NCBI GenBank assembly: GCA_016303265.1
Contig: JAEDLZ010000001.1
Coordinates: forward strand, 983 to 64,982
Reading direction: 5' to 3'
DNA length: 64,000 nucleotides
Origin: Clostridiales bacterium
GTDB taxonomy: Bacteria; Bacillota; Clostridia; Monoglobales; Monoglobaceae
The position numbers and the translations under genes are program-made. The notes below the pieces were generated by a model. It was given only the letters and a program-made list of their open reading frames with translations. It was not told the DNA's origin and made no database searches. Shown piece after piece: positions 19,229 to 30,197 of the stretch (positions are counted from its first letter, which is position 1; the number at the start of each line of letters is the position of its first letter).

Positions 19229-19521
19229 AATTCGTTTTTGCCGTGAAAATATTGAAGGAGCTGTCGCAAAATGCGGCAGCTCCCTTGGGGTGGACGCAAA
19301 ATAGTGCTGACCTACCAAACTGAGTCCAAAGGCCGTATATGGATACTGCGAGAGGCGAAGTTTGTTCAAAACGCAAAGCATTTGTAATTGAAATTCGTTA
19401 TATAACGAATTTCCACCTAGGTTTTGGTTTCATTTTTGATTTTTGTATTTTAAAAAACAGTTATATTATGGCGTTTTTTATGCTTTGCGTGGTCTGTGCA
19501 TTTTTCAATGCCCCTTTTGCA

Positions 19522-20613
19522 TTATACTTTTAAAACATATGCGAGGGTGTCGCCGATATTTTTTGCCATCAGTGAAAGGCCAAGGTCATTGGGATGGCAG
19601 TTTTCCATGGTGCAGTCGCAACGCTCCGTACCGGCAAAAAATGCCGCGCCGTCAACAAAATAAAGATTCTTGTCCCCGTTTTTGATTCCGTATGAGTAGG
19701 TGTCCATAATAATTGCGCGGCGCCTTGCTTCGTCAAATCTTTCAAAATGGAAATCGGGCTTTGTGACCAAAATTATGGGAAGGTCGGGCTGCGCCGTTCT
19801 GACGGTTTCGTAGACATTCTTGTGGGTTTCCAAAAGATACTCCGGGTTGGGGGCGTTATGGTCGTAGTCACAGACAAACGCACTCATTTCAAGACTCGCA
19901 ATATAATCCACAATAGCTTGCTCCGCCTTGCATGACCCGCCGAAGCCGAGGTTTGTGTAGTTCATATCGAATTTTCGGGAAAGGATATTTTAGTAACTAA
20001 GCCCCGGACGGGAAGCACTCATTCCGTGGGTTATTGAAGAGCCGTAAAAAACCACGGGTTTTTGAATTGTGTACGGCGTGTGGCGGTCAAGGGACGCACC
20101 TTGTCTTAACCCGATTTCAACGGAGGAAACCTCGTTAAAAAGCGGAAAATTTATCGTAATTTCCTTTTCGGAACGGTCGCGGAGGTTGACACATCCGTCG
20201 TATTCGTCAACAATATCAGAGGGCGGATTAAAAATTCCGCCGAGAACTTCTTTGCCGTTTTTGCGTATGTAAAAATCAAAGCCGTAATTCATAATGGGAG
20301 TTGCAAAGGGGTATGGAGTAAGATTCGGAAGCTTAACGCGGATTGCGAGGCAGTCGGAATCTGTTTTGAAACGGATTCTGCCGCCTGAGGTTCTTCTGTA
20401 TCTGGTATAGAGAGAAGGTTCGCCCGGGGCTGCCTGACATTTTTCTGCAACCTCGTTTGGCACTCTTATATAATCATTGCGGTTTTCCACATCATAAAAA
20501 CCGAAAATTTCAAAGGGCTCCTTTCGTATATCGCGGAAAACAATTGTGTCGTCCTTAAGTTTGAAATTTTCGACGGTATAAGGACTTTGCATTTTTGGAT
20601 TCATAATTATCAC
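19522..20613 (-). pseudogene. SGNH/GDSL hydrolase gene interrupted by one in-frame TAA
   Basis: Track ORFs 19990-20613 and 19522-19965 are in the same frame: ..VVFYGSSITHGMSASRPGLSY*NILSRKFDMNYTNLGFGGS..CHPNDLG. The stop (19990-19992) separates the Ser block from the Gly and Asp/His blocks. Confidence 0.75.
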
Positions 20614-20837
20614 GCATAATTAAAACCATCCGAAAGGGGCGGTTTTAATTATTTCTCCTTTCTTTCACTTCAAGGATATAATACCACATCAAAACTGATT
20701 TTGCAATACAAAAAAGAGAAAAATTTCCCAACCGCCGCACACACAAAAACACCGTACAATGTACGGCGTTTTTGTGTTGTGTGTAAATAGCGGCAGATTT
20801 ATGCCGCTTTTGAAGAGATTGGTCTTGCTTAGTCGGT

Positions 20838-22484
<1,647 letters not shown>

Positions 22485-22497
22485 CTAAAAAAATCAA

Positions 22498-22833
<336 letters not shown>

Positions 22834-22860
22834 TTAGCACTCCAAGTTGTTGAGTGCTAA
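22834..22860 (-). promoter_or_regulatory. CIRCE operator (HrcA site)
   Basis: TTAGCACTC-caagttgtt-GAGTGCTAA, a perfect match to the consensus, 49 nt upstream of groES. Confidence 0.92.
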
Positions 22861-22868
22861 CATGGTAT

Positions 22869-22897
22869 ATTTTACATAACTATACAGTAAATATCAA
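22869..22897 (-). promoter_or_regulatory. sigmaA-type groESL promoter
   Basis: Minus strand TTGATA, 17 nt, TAAAAT, immediately upstream of CIRCE. Confidence 0.55.
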
Positions 22898-22966
22898 ATC
22901 CGATTATACTTGATTACAAATGGTTATCGGGATTTAGGTTGAATTTTCTCCCGTTTTCTTTGTTTT

Positions 22967-24130
22967 TTACAATATAGAACAAATTGCATAGGCGGAAATT
23001 CCTTCTTTTCGTCCCTCAAAGCCCAAATGCTCCGTTGTTGTCGCTTTTACGGACACCGAAGATAAAGGAACATCCAAATCCTCACTCAGATTTTTACGCA
23101 TTTCTTCTATGTAAGGGGCGAGCTTTGGAGCCTGAGCCGCAACGGTAATGTCGATATTATTCACATTATAACCGTTTTTCTTAAGAATCTTTACAACTCT
23201 TCTTAAGAGTATGCGGCTGTCTATATCCTTAAAGCTGCCGTCACTGTCGGGGAAAAGCTTGCCGATGTCGCCGAGGGATGCTGCACCCAGCAAAGCGTCC
23301 ATTAGGGCGTGGATTAAAACATCGGCGTCGGAATGACCGTCAAGCCCCTCCGTATGGGGGATTTCAACGCCGCCCAAAATGAGCCTCCGACCCTTTTTTA
23401 AAGCGTGAACATCATAGCCGAATCCAACCTTCATGGTCCGTTTTTCTCCTTTGCATATTGCCTCCGCCACGGGAATATCCTCAGGCGTTGTTATTTTTAT
23501 ATTGTTGTAGTCGCCGTATATATAATGTACGGTTTCGCCGAGCCGTTCCACAAGAGAACAGTCGTCCGTGCCGCAGAATTTGTCGGAATCCGCCTTTTGA
23601 TATGCCCTTTTCAAAAGCTCTGTTTTAAAAATCTGCGGCGTCTGAATCATGCGGAGGCTGGCGCGGTCGGGTGTTGAAATTATATGCTCGGTTTCGTCAA
23701 CAACCTTGACTGTATCCTTAAGCGGAACGCCGAGAACAGCGCTGCCGTGTTCCTTTGCAAAGAGCACTGCCTCGTCAATCTTTTCGGGCGCAATAAAAGG
23801 CCGTGCGCCGTCATGAATGGCGGCAAAGCCCGAACCTTCAAGCTGTGCAAGACCTTTTAAAACCGATTCCTGCCGCGTTTTTCCGCCGCAGACAACGGCA
23901 GAGATTTTTTGACAGTTATATTTTTTTATAAGCTCCAAAACCTCGGAAACATGGTCGCGGTGAACAACCACAATAATCCCGTCAATCTGACGGGCGGCGG
24001 CAAAAGCGTTTACGGTGCGGATTAAGACCGGGACGCCGCAAACGGAAATAAACTGCTTGTTGCCGAGATTTTTCATTCTTGAGCTGTTTCCTGCCGCAAC
24101 GATAACTGCGGCGCAAGTAAGATTTTCCAT
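22967..24130 (-). CDS. ispDF: bifunctional IspD/IspF (MEP cytidylyltransferase / MEcPP synthase)
   Basis: N-terminal [14 protein letters not shown]-terminal [26 protein letters not shown]. Confidence 0.95.
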   Translation of the reverse strand: MENLTCAAVIVAAGNSSRMKNLGNKQFISVCGVPVLIRTVNAFAAARQIDGIIVVVHRDHVSEVLELIKKYNCQKISAVVCGGKTRQESVLKGLAQLEGSGFAAIHDGARPFIAPEKIDEAVLFAKEHGSAVLGVPLKDTVKVVDETEHIISTPDRASLRMIQTPQIFKTELLKRAYQKADSDKFCGTDDCSLVERLGETVHYIYGDYNNIKITTPEDIPVAEAICKGEKRTMKVGFGYDVHALKKGRRLILGGVEIPHTEGLDGHSDADVLIHALMDALLGAASLGDIGKLFPDSDGSFKDIDSRILLRRVVKILKKNGYNVNNIDITVAAQAPKLAPYIEEMRKNLSEDLDVPLSSVSVKATTTEHLGFEGRKEGISAYAICSIL

Positions 24131-24142
24131 AACAGTTCCTTT

Positions 24143-24685
24143 TTAAATACCGAGCAGCGCTTCAATTTCCTCACTGCTCATATTTTTTGCCGTTTCAAGC
24201 TCTGATAAAAGCACGCTTTTGGCGTTGCTCAGTATCTTTCGCTCCGCATTGGACAAGGATTTGCGCTTATCCCTTAAAAGAAGGGTTTTCACAACATAGA
24301 CGACATCCTCAATTTTGCCTGATTTAAGCTTATCAACATTCTCTCGGTAGCGCTTATTCCAGTTATCGTTGCCGTCTTCCTGAACATCTGCAAAGTATTC
24401 AATTGCACGGTCAGCCTCTTTTTCCGATATGATGTTCCTGATTCCCGTGTGTTCTATATTATCGACAGGGAGAAGAACTCTGATGTTTTTCTTTGCAACC
24501 TCAAGAACGAAATATTTGCGAACCTCGCCTAAAATTTCCTTCTCTTCGGTACCGATAATAACTCCTGCGCCATGCAGAGGATACATGACCCGATCCCCTA
24601 TTTCAAACAAATGTATCAACTCCTTTTCGTTCGTGCAGACGGTAAGCGGTTCCGCTGCCTTTAATGCCTTCAATTTGTTTGCCAT
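24143..24685 (-). CDS. carD: CarD family transcriptional regulator
   Basis: FEIGDRVMYPLHGAGVIIGTEEKEILGEVRKYFVLE. Start uncertain (ATG 24685 or TTG 24712); no clear SD at either. Confidence 0.8.
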   Translation of the reverse strand: MANKLKALKAAEPLTVCTNEKELIHLFEIGDRVMYPLHGAGVIIGTEEKEILGEVRKYFVLEVAKKNIRVLLPVDNIEHTGIRNIISEKEADRAIEYFADVQEDGNDNWNKRYRENVDKLKSGKIEDVVYVVKTLLLRDKRKSLSNAERKILSNAKSVLLSELETAKNMSSEEIEALLGI

Positions 24686-24799
24686 GAAGAAGTATTTACA
24701 TTTATATACCAAACCGCATAAGCGGAATGTTATGATAAAATGGTAAAAACATTTCCTTATTTATTATTATACCACAAAATTTTCTAATTTCAAACAATT

Positions 24800-26158
24800 T
24801 TATAAAAATTTGTTAATTGCATCCCTGATATGGCGGACGGGGACAACCTCAATTTTGTCAAATCTGCGCAGCTTTTTTGAGCTGTTGTAGGGGATAACGC
24901 AGGTGGTAAATCCCATTTTTTCCGCTTCTGAAATTCTCACATCAAGGAAGCTGACAGAGCGTGTTTCGCCGGTTAAGCCGACCTCACCGATAGCGACAAG
25001 GCCTTTGTCCAAAGGGGTTGAGCGAAAGCTTGACGCAAGAGCCATAATAATTCCGAGATCGGAGGCGGTTTCGGATACACGAAACCCTCCCACTATATTT
25101 ACATATGCGTCATAAGAGGAAATATGCAGACCGGACTGTTTTTCCATAACCGCAAGGAGCATGAGAACACGGTTTAGGTCCGGACCTTGGGTCATTCTGC
25201 GGGGGTTGCCGAAGTTTGTCGGGGAAACAAGCGCCTGGATTTCAGCCAGAACGGGGCGCGTCCCTTCCATGGAGCAGACGATGCAGGAACCTGCGTTCTT
25301 GTCGGGACGCCCGGAAAGAAGAGCCTCTGACGGATTAGGCACCTGATGAAGACCGTCGGATTCCATCTCGAAAACGCCGATTTCGTTTGTGGAGCCAAAA
25401 CGGTTTTTGACAGCGCGAAGTATGCGGTAGGACTGCTGTCTTTCGCCCTCAAAGTACAAAACCGTATCGACCATATGCTCAAGAATTTTCGGACCGGCAA
25501 TTGCGCCGTCCTTTGTAACATGCCCCACAAGAAAAACCGAAATGCCGTTATCCTTTGCGATTCGCATGAAGGAGGAGGTAACATCCTTTATCTGGGAAAC
25601 ATTTCCGGGCGATGAACCGATTTCGGGATTGACCATTGTCTGAACCGAGTCAACGATAATAATGTCGGGATTTTCGCTTGCAATTGCATTTTTTATGTAA
25701 TTCATATTTGTTTCCGAATAAATTTTAAGATTTTCAGTTGTGATATTCAGCCTTTCGGCACGGAGCTTTATCTGGTTTGGGGATTCCTCGCCGGAAACAT
25801 AAAGTATGCTTGCACTTTTGCCGAGGTGCCGGCATATTTGCAGAAGTATAGTTGATTTGCCGATTCCCGGGTCGCCGCCCACCAAGACGAAGGAACCCTT
25901 AACAAGTCCGCCTCCGAGAACACGGTCAAACTCACTCATTCCGGTGGAGGTGCGGATTTCACAGGAGGAGTCAATATCCTTGATTTTTTTTGGAACTGCC
26001 GCAGGCGCAAGAGAAATTCCGCCGCCCTTTGAAGGGGGTTCGGGCGTCATAATTTCCTCCTCCATGGTATTCCAGCTTCCGCACATGGTGCATTTACCCA
26101 TCCATTTCGGGGATTTGTTGCCGCATTCCGTGCAGACAAAGACGCTCTTTTGTTTCAT
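24800..26158 (-). CDS. radA: DNA repair protein RadA/Sms
   Basis: Zn ribbon CTECGNKSPKWMGKCTMCGSWNT, Walker A GGDPGIGKST, KNRFG, Lon-like C-terminal domain. Confidence 0.95.
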   Translation of the reverse strand: MKQKSVFVCTECGNKSPKWMGKCTMCGSWNTMEEEIMTPEPPSKGGGISLAPAAVPKKIKDIDSSCEIRTSTGMSEFDRVLGGGLVKGSFVLVGGDPGIGKSTILLQICRHLGKSASILYVSGEESPNQIKLRAERLNITTENLKIYSETNMNYIKNAIASENPDIIIVDSVQTMVNPEIGSSPGNVSQIKDVTSSFMRIAKDNGISVFLVGHVTKDGAIAGPKILEHMVDTVLYFEGERQQSYRILRAVKNRFGSTNEIGVFEMESDGLHQVPNPSEALLSGRPDKNAGSCIVCSMEGTRPVLAEIQALVSPTNFGNPRRMTQGPDLNRVLMLLAVMEKQSGLHISSYDAYVNIVGGFRVSETASDLGIIMALASSFRSTPLDKGLVAIGEVGLTGETRSVSFLDVRISEAEKMGFTTCVIPYNSSKKLRRFDKIEVVPVRHIRDAINKFL

Positions 26159-26272
26159 AATCTGTATCTCCTAAGTATGTTAATTTGTATTTTATAATAC
26201 AATTTTAATACATTAAGTATTTTTTGTCTATAAAAAGTCGAAAAATTCATTAAAATTTTTTTAAAAAAGGGG

Positions 26273-26301
26273 TTGAAATTTAATTTGATTTGTGATATAC
26301 T
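26273..26301 (+). promoter_or_regulatory. strong sigmaA-type promoter
   Basis: TTGAAA, 17 nt, TATACT with TGn (tgatatact). Lies 120 nt upstream of the 60-aa ORF. Confidence 0.5.
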
Positions 26302-26422
26302 ACTAATGTGAAATAAATGGAGGTAGGTTTTGCCGGATATACACAGGACATATGTATATCATTTATAATTGTTAATATTGCGGTGCGCAATGATAGATAT
26401 TAGGAGGAAGGGTGAAGTGTTC

Positions 26423-26605
26423 ATGAAAAAACTTTATGAAACACCTACAATTGAAAAGGTAATGTTTGTTTCCGAGGAAAAGGTTTGCGCAGAAGGTGGA
26501 ACAATGTTCAGTGACTATTTCCCTCTTAGCGTTGTAAGTGATACATTGAATTTTACCAACGAAGCGATTTTCAAGTGGGAAGAATTTGAAAATTCCGCTA
26601 GCTAA
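26423..26605 (+). CDS. small acidic protein (60 aa), unknown function
   Basis: SD aggagg 8 nt before ATG 26423: MKKLYETPTIEKVMFVSEEKVCAEGGTMFSDYFPLSVVSDTLNFTNEAIFKWEEFENSAS. Has its own promoter and terminator. Confidence 0.5.
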   Translation: MKKLYETPTIEKVMFVSEEKVCAEGGTMFSDYFPLSVVSDTLNFTNEAIFKWEEFENSAS

Positions 26606-26714
26606 GACGGTGCATATTACATAATTTTAAACGGGTGTATTATGTCGTTATGGAGCATCAGTAATGTAAATATATTCCGGGCAGATACATACTCCCGTCA
26701 AAACATTGCGGTTT

Positions 26715-26746
26715 AAAAGCTTTGGACAACAGTTCAAAGCTTTTTG
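26715..26746 (+). terminator. rho-independent terminator
   Basis: aaaagctttg-loop-caaagctttt followed by tgctgttt. Confidence 0.55.
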
Positions 26747-26851
26747 CTGTTTAGGGCGTGTCCCCGATAGCTGCGTGGCTTTTCCTATAAAACAAAGAGG
26801 TTGCGGCGAAATGATTTTTAAAGAGTAATTTGCACAAAGCAGCTTCCAAAG

Positions 26852-26913
26852 CCAATGAAAATATCCCCGAAAACAGCTGAATTTCAGCTGTTTTCGGGGA
26901 TATTTTGTTTAGT
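26852..26913. repeat. copy B of the dispersed ~60-nt palindromic element (terminator-like)
   Basis: ccaatgaaaatatccccgaaaacagctgaatttcagctgttttcggggatattttgttt. Its reverse complement aligns with 3390-3450, including the flanks. Confidence 0.6.
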
Positions 26914-27182
26914 GTTGTCAGAAAGCTGTTTTTTGCAGCCCCGTCGTTTTGCGTAAAGCCGCAGAATCAATAAATGACGGAAAAGCCGAGAAAACAGCCG
27001 TAAAACAGCGCACAAAGTCCATCCGAAATCAGGGGGGCGGCACAACTCTTTGCAGGCGGAAAAAACAACAATATTTTGCCGCAAAAAACTGCCTTAGGAA
27101 ATGCCGATTGCTAAAGCCCGGGCCGCAGTAAATACAAATACGCGGCGCTTTGTTGCCATTGCCGCATATTTGTAAATTGTCC

Positions 27183-27359
27183 CTACTCAATATTGATAAT
27201 GCGTTCAATATATGCCCGCATTTCTTTTGAGGAATGAATGTTCTGCGTGCCGTTTATAATTTCCTCCTGCTTTTGTTTCGGAAGTCTGAGATAGTGGTCC
27301 ATGGCGGCGGAATTGGCGATAAGAGCCTCGCCGAATCCAATGGGAATGTCTTTTTCCAT
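27183..27359 (-). CDS. small hypothetical protein (58 aa), below the ORF-track size cut-off
   Basis: Own translation: MEKDIPIGFGEALIANSAAMDHYLRLPKQKQEEIINGTQNIHSSKEMRAYIERIINIE*. Resembles small conserved Clostridia proteins as recalled. Weak SD (aagga). Confidence 0.4.
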   Translation of the reverse strand: MEKDIPIGFGEALIANSAAMDHYLRLPKQKQEEIINGTQNIHSSKEMRAYIERIINIE

Positions 27360-27492
27360 AATAAATCTTGTCCTTTCTTTTGTTTTACATTATGTTCTCC
27401 CCAAAAATAAAATTTTATGCGCTGTATTTTTATAAAAGGCTGATTTGCGGAGCCAAGAACCGCCGCCTTAGGATAACAAATTTTATAAAGTG

Positions 27493-27521
27493 TTGAAAAA
27501 GGCAAAAAACTGTGTTATACT
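27493..27521 (+). promoter_or_regulatory. sigmaA-type recR promoter
   Basis: TTGAAA, 17 nt, TATACT with TGn. Confidence 0.5.
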
Positions 27522-27564
27522 GTAAACATAAAAATGAACGGGGTTAAGATAAACGGAGGCAAGT

Positions 27565-28164
27565 ATGGATTATTATGTAACACCTCTTCAGAATTTAATC
27601 GAGGAGTTTGAAAAGCTGCCGGGGATAGGCAGTAAAACCGCACGGCGGCTGGCATATTATGTGGTAAATCTGCCAAAGGAAAAGACGGATAAATTTGCCC
27701 GTGCAATTCTTGACGCAAAGTCAAAAATCCGTTATTGCAGCAAGTGCCAGAATTTTTCCGAGGATGAGCTTTGCCCGATTTGTGCAAATCCGGCAAGGGA
27801 CCAAAGCGTAATTTGTGTTGTCGAAAATCCGAAAGATGTTATGCAAATGGAGAGGACGAACGAATTTAAGGGACTTTACCATGTCCTGCACGGCGCCATC
27901 TCGCCGATGGACGGAATAGGTCCGGATGACATTAAAATTAAGGAGCTTATGGTTAGGATTGCCGAGGGTAAGGTTAAAGAAATAATAATGGCGACAAACC
28001 CGAATCTTGAGGGCGAAACGACGGCGATGTACATTTCCAAGCTGGCAAAGCCCTTCGGGGTTAAGGTCACAAGAATTGCCCACGGCATACCTGTCGGAGG
28101 GGAAATTGAGTTTGCAGATGAGGTTACTCTATCAAAAGCACTTGAGGGCAGAGTGGAGCTTTAG
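27565..28164 (+). CDS. recR: recombination protein RecR
   Basis: Hh[16 protein letters not shown], Cys4 finger [16 protein letters not shown], Toprim region. Confidence 0.95.
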   Translation: MDYYVTPLQNLIEEFEKLPGIGSKTARRLAYYVVNLPKEKTDKFARAILDAKSKIRYCSKCQNFSEDELCPICANPARDQSVICVVENPKDVMQMERTNEFKGLYHVLHGAISPMDGIGPDDIKIKELMVRIAEGKVKEIIMATNPNLEGETTAMYISKLAKPFGVKVTRIAHGIPVGGEIEFADEVTLSKALEGRVEL

Positions 28165-28172
28165 AGGTTAAA

Positions 28173-29516
28173 ATGAAGAAAAACGATATAGTTGAAATTG
28201 AGATAACAGGTATGACGGACGAAGGCAGCGGCGTGGGCAGATTCGAAGGCGCTGCTGTTTTTGTGCCTTACGCCCTGGTGGGCGAAACTGTCCGCGCGCA
28301 CATTATAAAGGTTTATAAGAGCTATTCGGTGGGAAAGCTTATCGAAATTTTAAAGCCTTCCGAGAGCAGGCAGAAGGCTGACTGCGAATATTTTTATCAG
28401 TGCGGCGGCTGTGCTTTCCGCAACACCCTTTATGAGGAGGAGCTTAAATATAAACAGCAGCATATTAAGGATTGCCTTGAGAGAATAGGAAAAATTCAGG
28501 CAGAGGTTCTTCCCGTCATAGGCGGCTGTAGGACGGCTTACCGAAATAAGGCACAGTTCCCGGTAGGCGGCGACGGTGCGGGACTTTATGCAAGGCACAG
28601 CCATAGAATTGTCAAGACCGAAAACTGCCTGATACAAAATGAGGACTCGGTCAGGATTCTTAAAGCGGTCAGAGCCTTTATGAGCGAATATAATGTTGCG
28701 GGATATGATGAAAAAACGCACAGCGGAGTTATAAGAAATGTTTACACAAGGCAGGGCGGCGGAAAAACCTTGGTTTGTATAGTAACGAAAACCGAAGAAA
28801 TTCCTCATTGCCCGGAAATGGTTGAAATGCTCCGAAAGAGCGAGGTTCCTCTATGGGGAATTTTGCAGAATATAAATCCGAATAAAACCAATGTTGTTCT
28901 GGGGAAGGAAATGAAGCTTCTGTACGGGCAGGATTTTATGTATGACAACATAGGGGATTTTAAATTTAAGATTTCGCCGTTTTCCTTTTACCAGGTAAAC
29001 CCTAAACAGACGAAAACGCTTTACGACACGGTAAAAAAATTTCTCGGCAATGTGTCGGAAAAGACGGTCTGGGATTTATATTGCGGAATAGGAACAATCG
29101 GTCAGTATGCGGCGGGAAATGCAAAGCGGCTGGCAGGGATTGAAATTGTGCCGGAGGCGATTGAAAATGCCGTTGAAAATGCAAAGATAAACGGTATTTT
29201 TAACGCCGGGTATTATGTGGGGGCGGCAGAAAATCTTGCGGACAGGCTTGTGGAAAATGAGGGGAGCCCGGATGCGGTTATACTTGACCCGCCGAGAAAA
29301 GGCTGCGGCAGAAGACTTCTCGATACAGTTGTAAAAGTTAAACCCGAAAGAATCATATATGTTTCCTGCAAGGCGTCAACCCTTGCAAGGGATTTGGCGT
29401 ATCTTAAGGAAGGCGGATATGAAACAAAAATTGTACAGCCCGTCGATATGTTCCCTGCCACACCCCATGTGGAGTGTGTCGTGCGACTATGTCGCACAGA
29501 ACACTCATCGATATAA
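28173..29516 (+). CDS. rlmD: 23S rRNA (uracil-5-)-methyltransferase RlmD/RumA family
   Basis: TRAM N-terminus, Cys cluster (CEYFYQCGGCAFRN), SAM motif DLYCGIGTIG, DPPRKG, DMFPATPHVEC. The last ~12 codons lie beyond an att-like repeat. Confidence 0.9.
   Translation: MKKNDIVEIEITGMTDEGSGVGRFEGAAVFVPYALVGETVRAHIIKVYKSYSVGKLIEILKPSESRQKADCEYFYQCGGCAFRNTLYEEELKYKQQHIKDCLERIGKIQAEVLPVIGGCRTAYRNKAQFPVGGDGAGLYARHSHRIVKTENCLIQNEDSVRILKAVRAFMSEYNVAGYDEKTHSGVIRNVYTRQGGGKTLVCIVTKTEEIPHCPEMVEMLRKSEVPLWGILQNINPNKTNVVLGKEMKLLYGQDFMYDNIGDFKFKISPFSFYQVNPKQTKTLYDTVKKFLGNVSEKTVWDLYCGIGTIGQYAAGNAKRLAGIEIVPEAIENAVENAKINGIFNAGYYVGAAENLADRLVENEGSPDAVILDPPRKGCGRRLLDTVVKVKPERIIYVSCKASTLARDLAYLKEGGYETKIVQPVDMFPATPHVECVVRLCRTEHSSI
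29445..29479 (+). repeat. direct repeat, left copy (rlmD 3' end)
   Basis: gatatgttccctgccacaccccatgtggagtgtgt. Second copy at 30162-30197 differs only by ccctgcc versus ccattgcc. Confidence 0.85.
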
Positions 29517-29700
29517 ATCTCTTGCGAGATTTTCGATATGTTCTGTTAGAACTCTATATGCCTGGCGGCTCGATATGTTGCCTGACGGCAACGAGATTTA
29601 TATCATATCGAAACCGAGCATAGCGAGGTTATATCGAATTTGGCGAAAGCAAAATATATCGAACACGCATAGCGGGTATATCGACAAAGGAGACTATACT

Positions 29701-30051
29701 ATGGAAAATAACAAGAATATATTAAGAGAAGAAACAATCAATTTTGTAATAGAAATATCCGACATTTGCGATAACATCAAAGGTTGTTCTGTGTATGTAA
29801 ATCAATTGTTAAGATGTTCATCATCAATTGGAGCAAATCTTCACGAAGCAAAATATGCTCAGAGTAAAGCTGATTTTATAAACAAATTAGAAATTGCATT
29901 AAAAGAAAGTTTTGAAACTGAATATTGGTTGGAGATATTGTATCGTAAAAATAGGATTGATGAAATCACATACAAGTCACTGCTTAGAAAATGTGGAACT
30001 ATAAGAAGAAAACTTATTGCATCGGTTACTACAGCAAAAAGCAAGCAATAA
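29701..30051 (+). CDS. four-helix-bundle protein (23S rRNA IVS protein / Avd-like family)
   Basis: 116 aa with SD aaggag: ..VYVNQLLRCSSSIGANLHEAKYAQSKADFINKLEIALKESFETEYWLEIL.. matches the family pattern Q(L/I)xRSxxSIGANIxEg..s..DF..kl.ia..E..Et.yWL. Confidence 0.85.
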   Translation: MENNKNILREETINFVIEISDICDNIKGCSVYVNQLLRCSSSIGANLHEAKYAQSKADFINKLEIALKESFETEYWLEILYRKNRIDEITYKSLLRKCGTIRRKLIASVTTAKSKQ

Positions 30052-30161
30052 ATTGTTGTGTATTACTATGTTCGGGGTGCAGTCTTGAAAAAAGTGACTT
30101 GATGCCGGATTGATATGTTTGCAAGAACTATTTATGTTAGCTGGGACAAGAGAGGCCCGTT

Positions 30162-30197
30162 GATATGTTCCATTGCCACACCCCATGTGGAGTGTGT
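30162..30197 (+). repeat. direct repeat, right copy (displaced original rlmD end)
   Basis: gatatgttccattgccacaccccatgtggagtgtgt, followed in the rlmD-equivalent frame by ggtttttttgtcacgaaaagacaaataa = ..HVECVVFLSRKDK*. Confidence 0.85.

Noticed and set aside
19306-19334. tRNA gene on the minus strand (gactcagtttggtaggtcagc resembles a D-arm).
   Set aside because: No acceptor stem, anticodon stem or T-arm can be folded. At best it is a decayed fragment.
19990-19992. Stop-codon reassignment or programmed read-through as the explanation for the in-frame TAA.
   Set aside because: TAA terminates many clearly complete genes in this window. No recoding signal was recognised, so a nonsense mutation or sequencing error is simpler.
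27020-27130. tmRNA or another structured ncRNA suggested by a G-rich start (caggggggcggc..).
   Set aside because: No tag-reading-frame-like sequence, no tRNA-like 3' end and no SRP/6S/RNase P conserved blocks were found. The overlapping ORFs 26884-27084 and 26949-27131 have implausible composition.
29359-29700. Long version of ORF 29359-30051 (230 aa).
   Set aside because: The first 114 codons overlap rlmD out of frame and then cross the repeat-box array. Only the last 116 codons, with their own SD, match the four-helix-bundle family.
29701-30051. The idea that the Avd-like four-helix-bundle gene marks a diversity-generating retroelement (DGR).
   Set aside because: No reverse transcriptase ORF and no template/variable repeat pair with A-specific mismatches is visible anywhere nearby.
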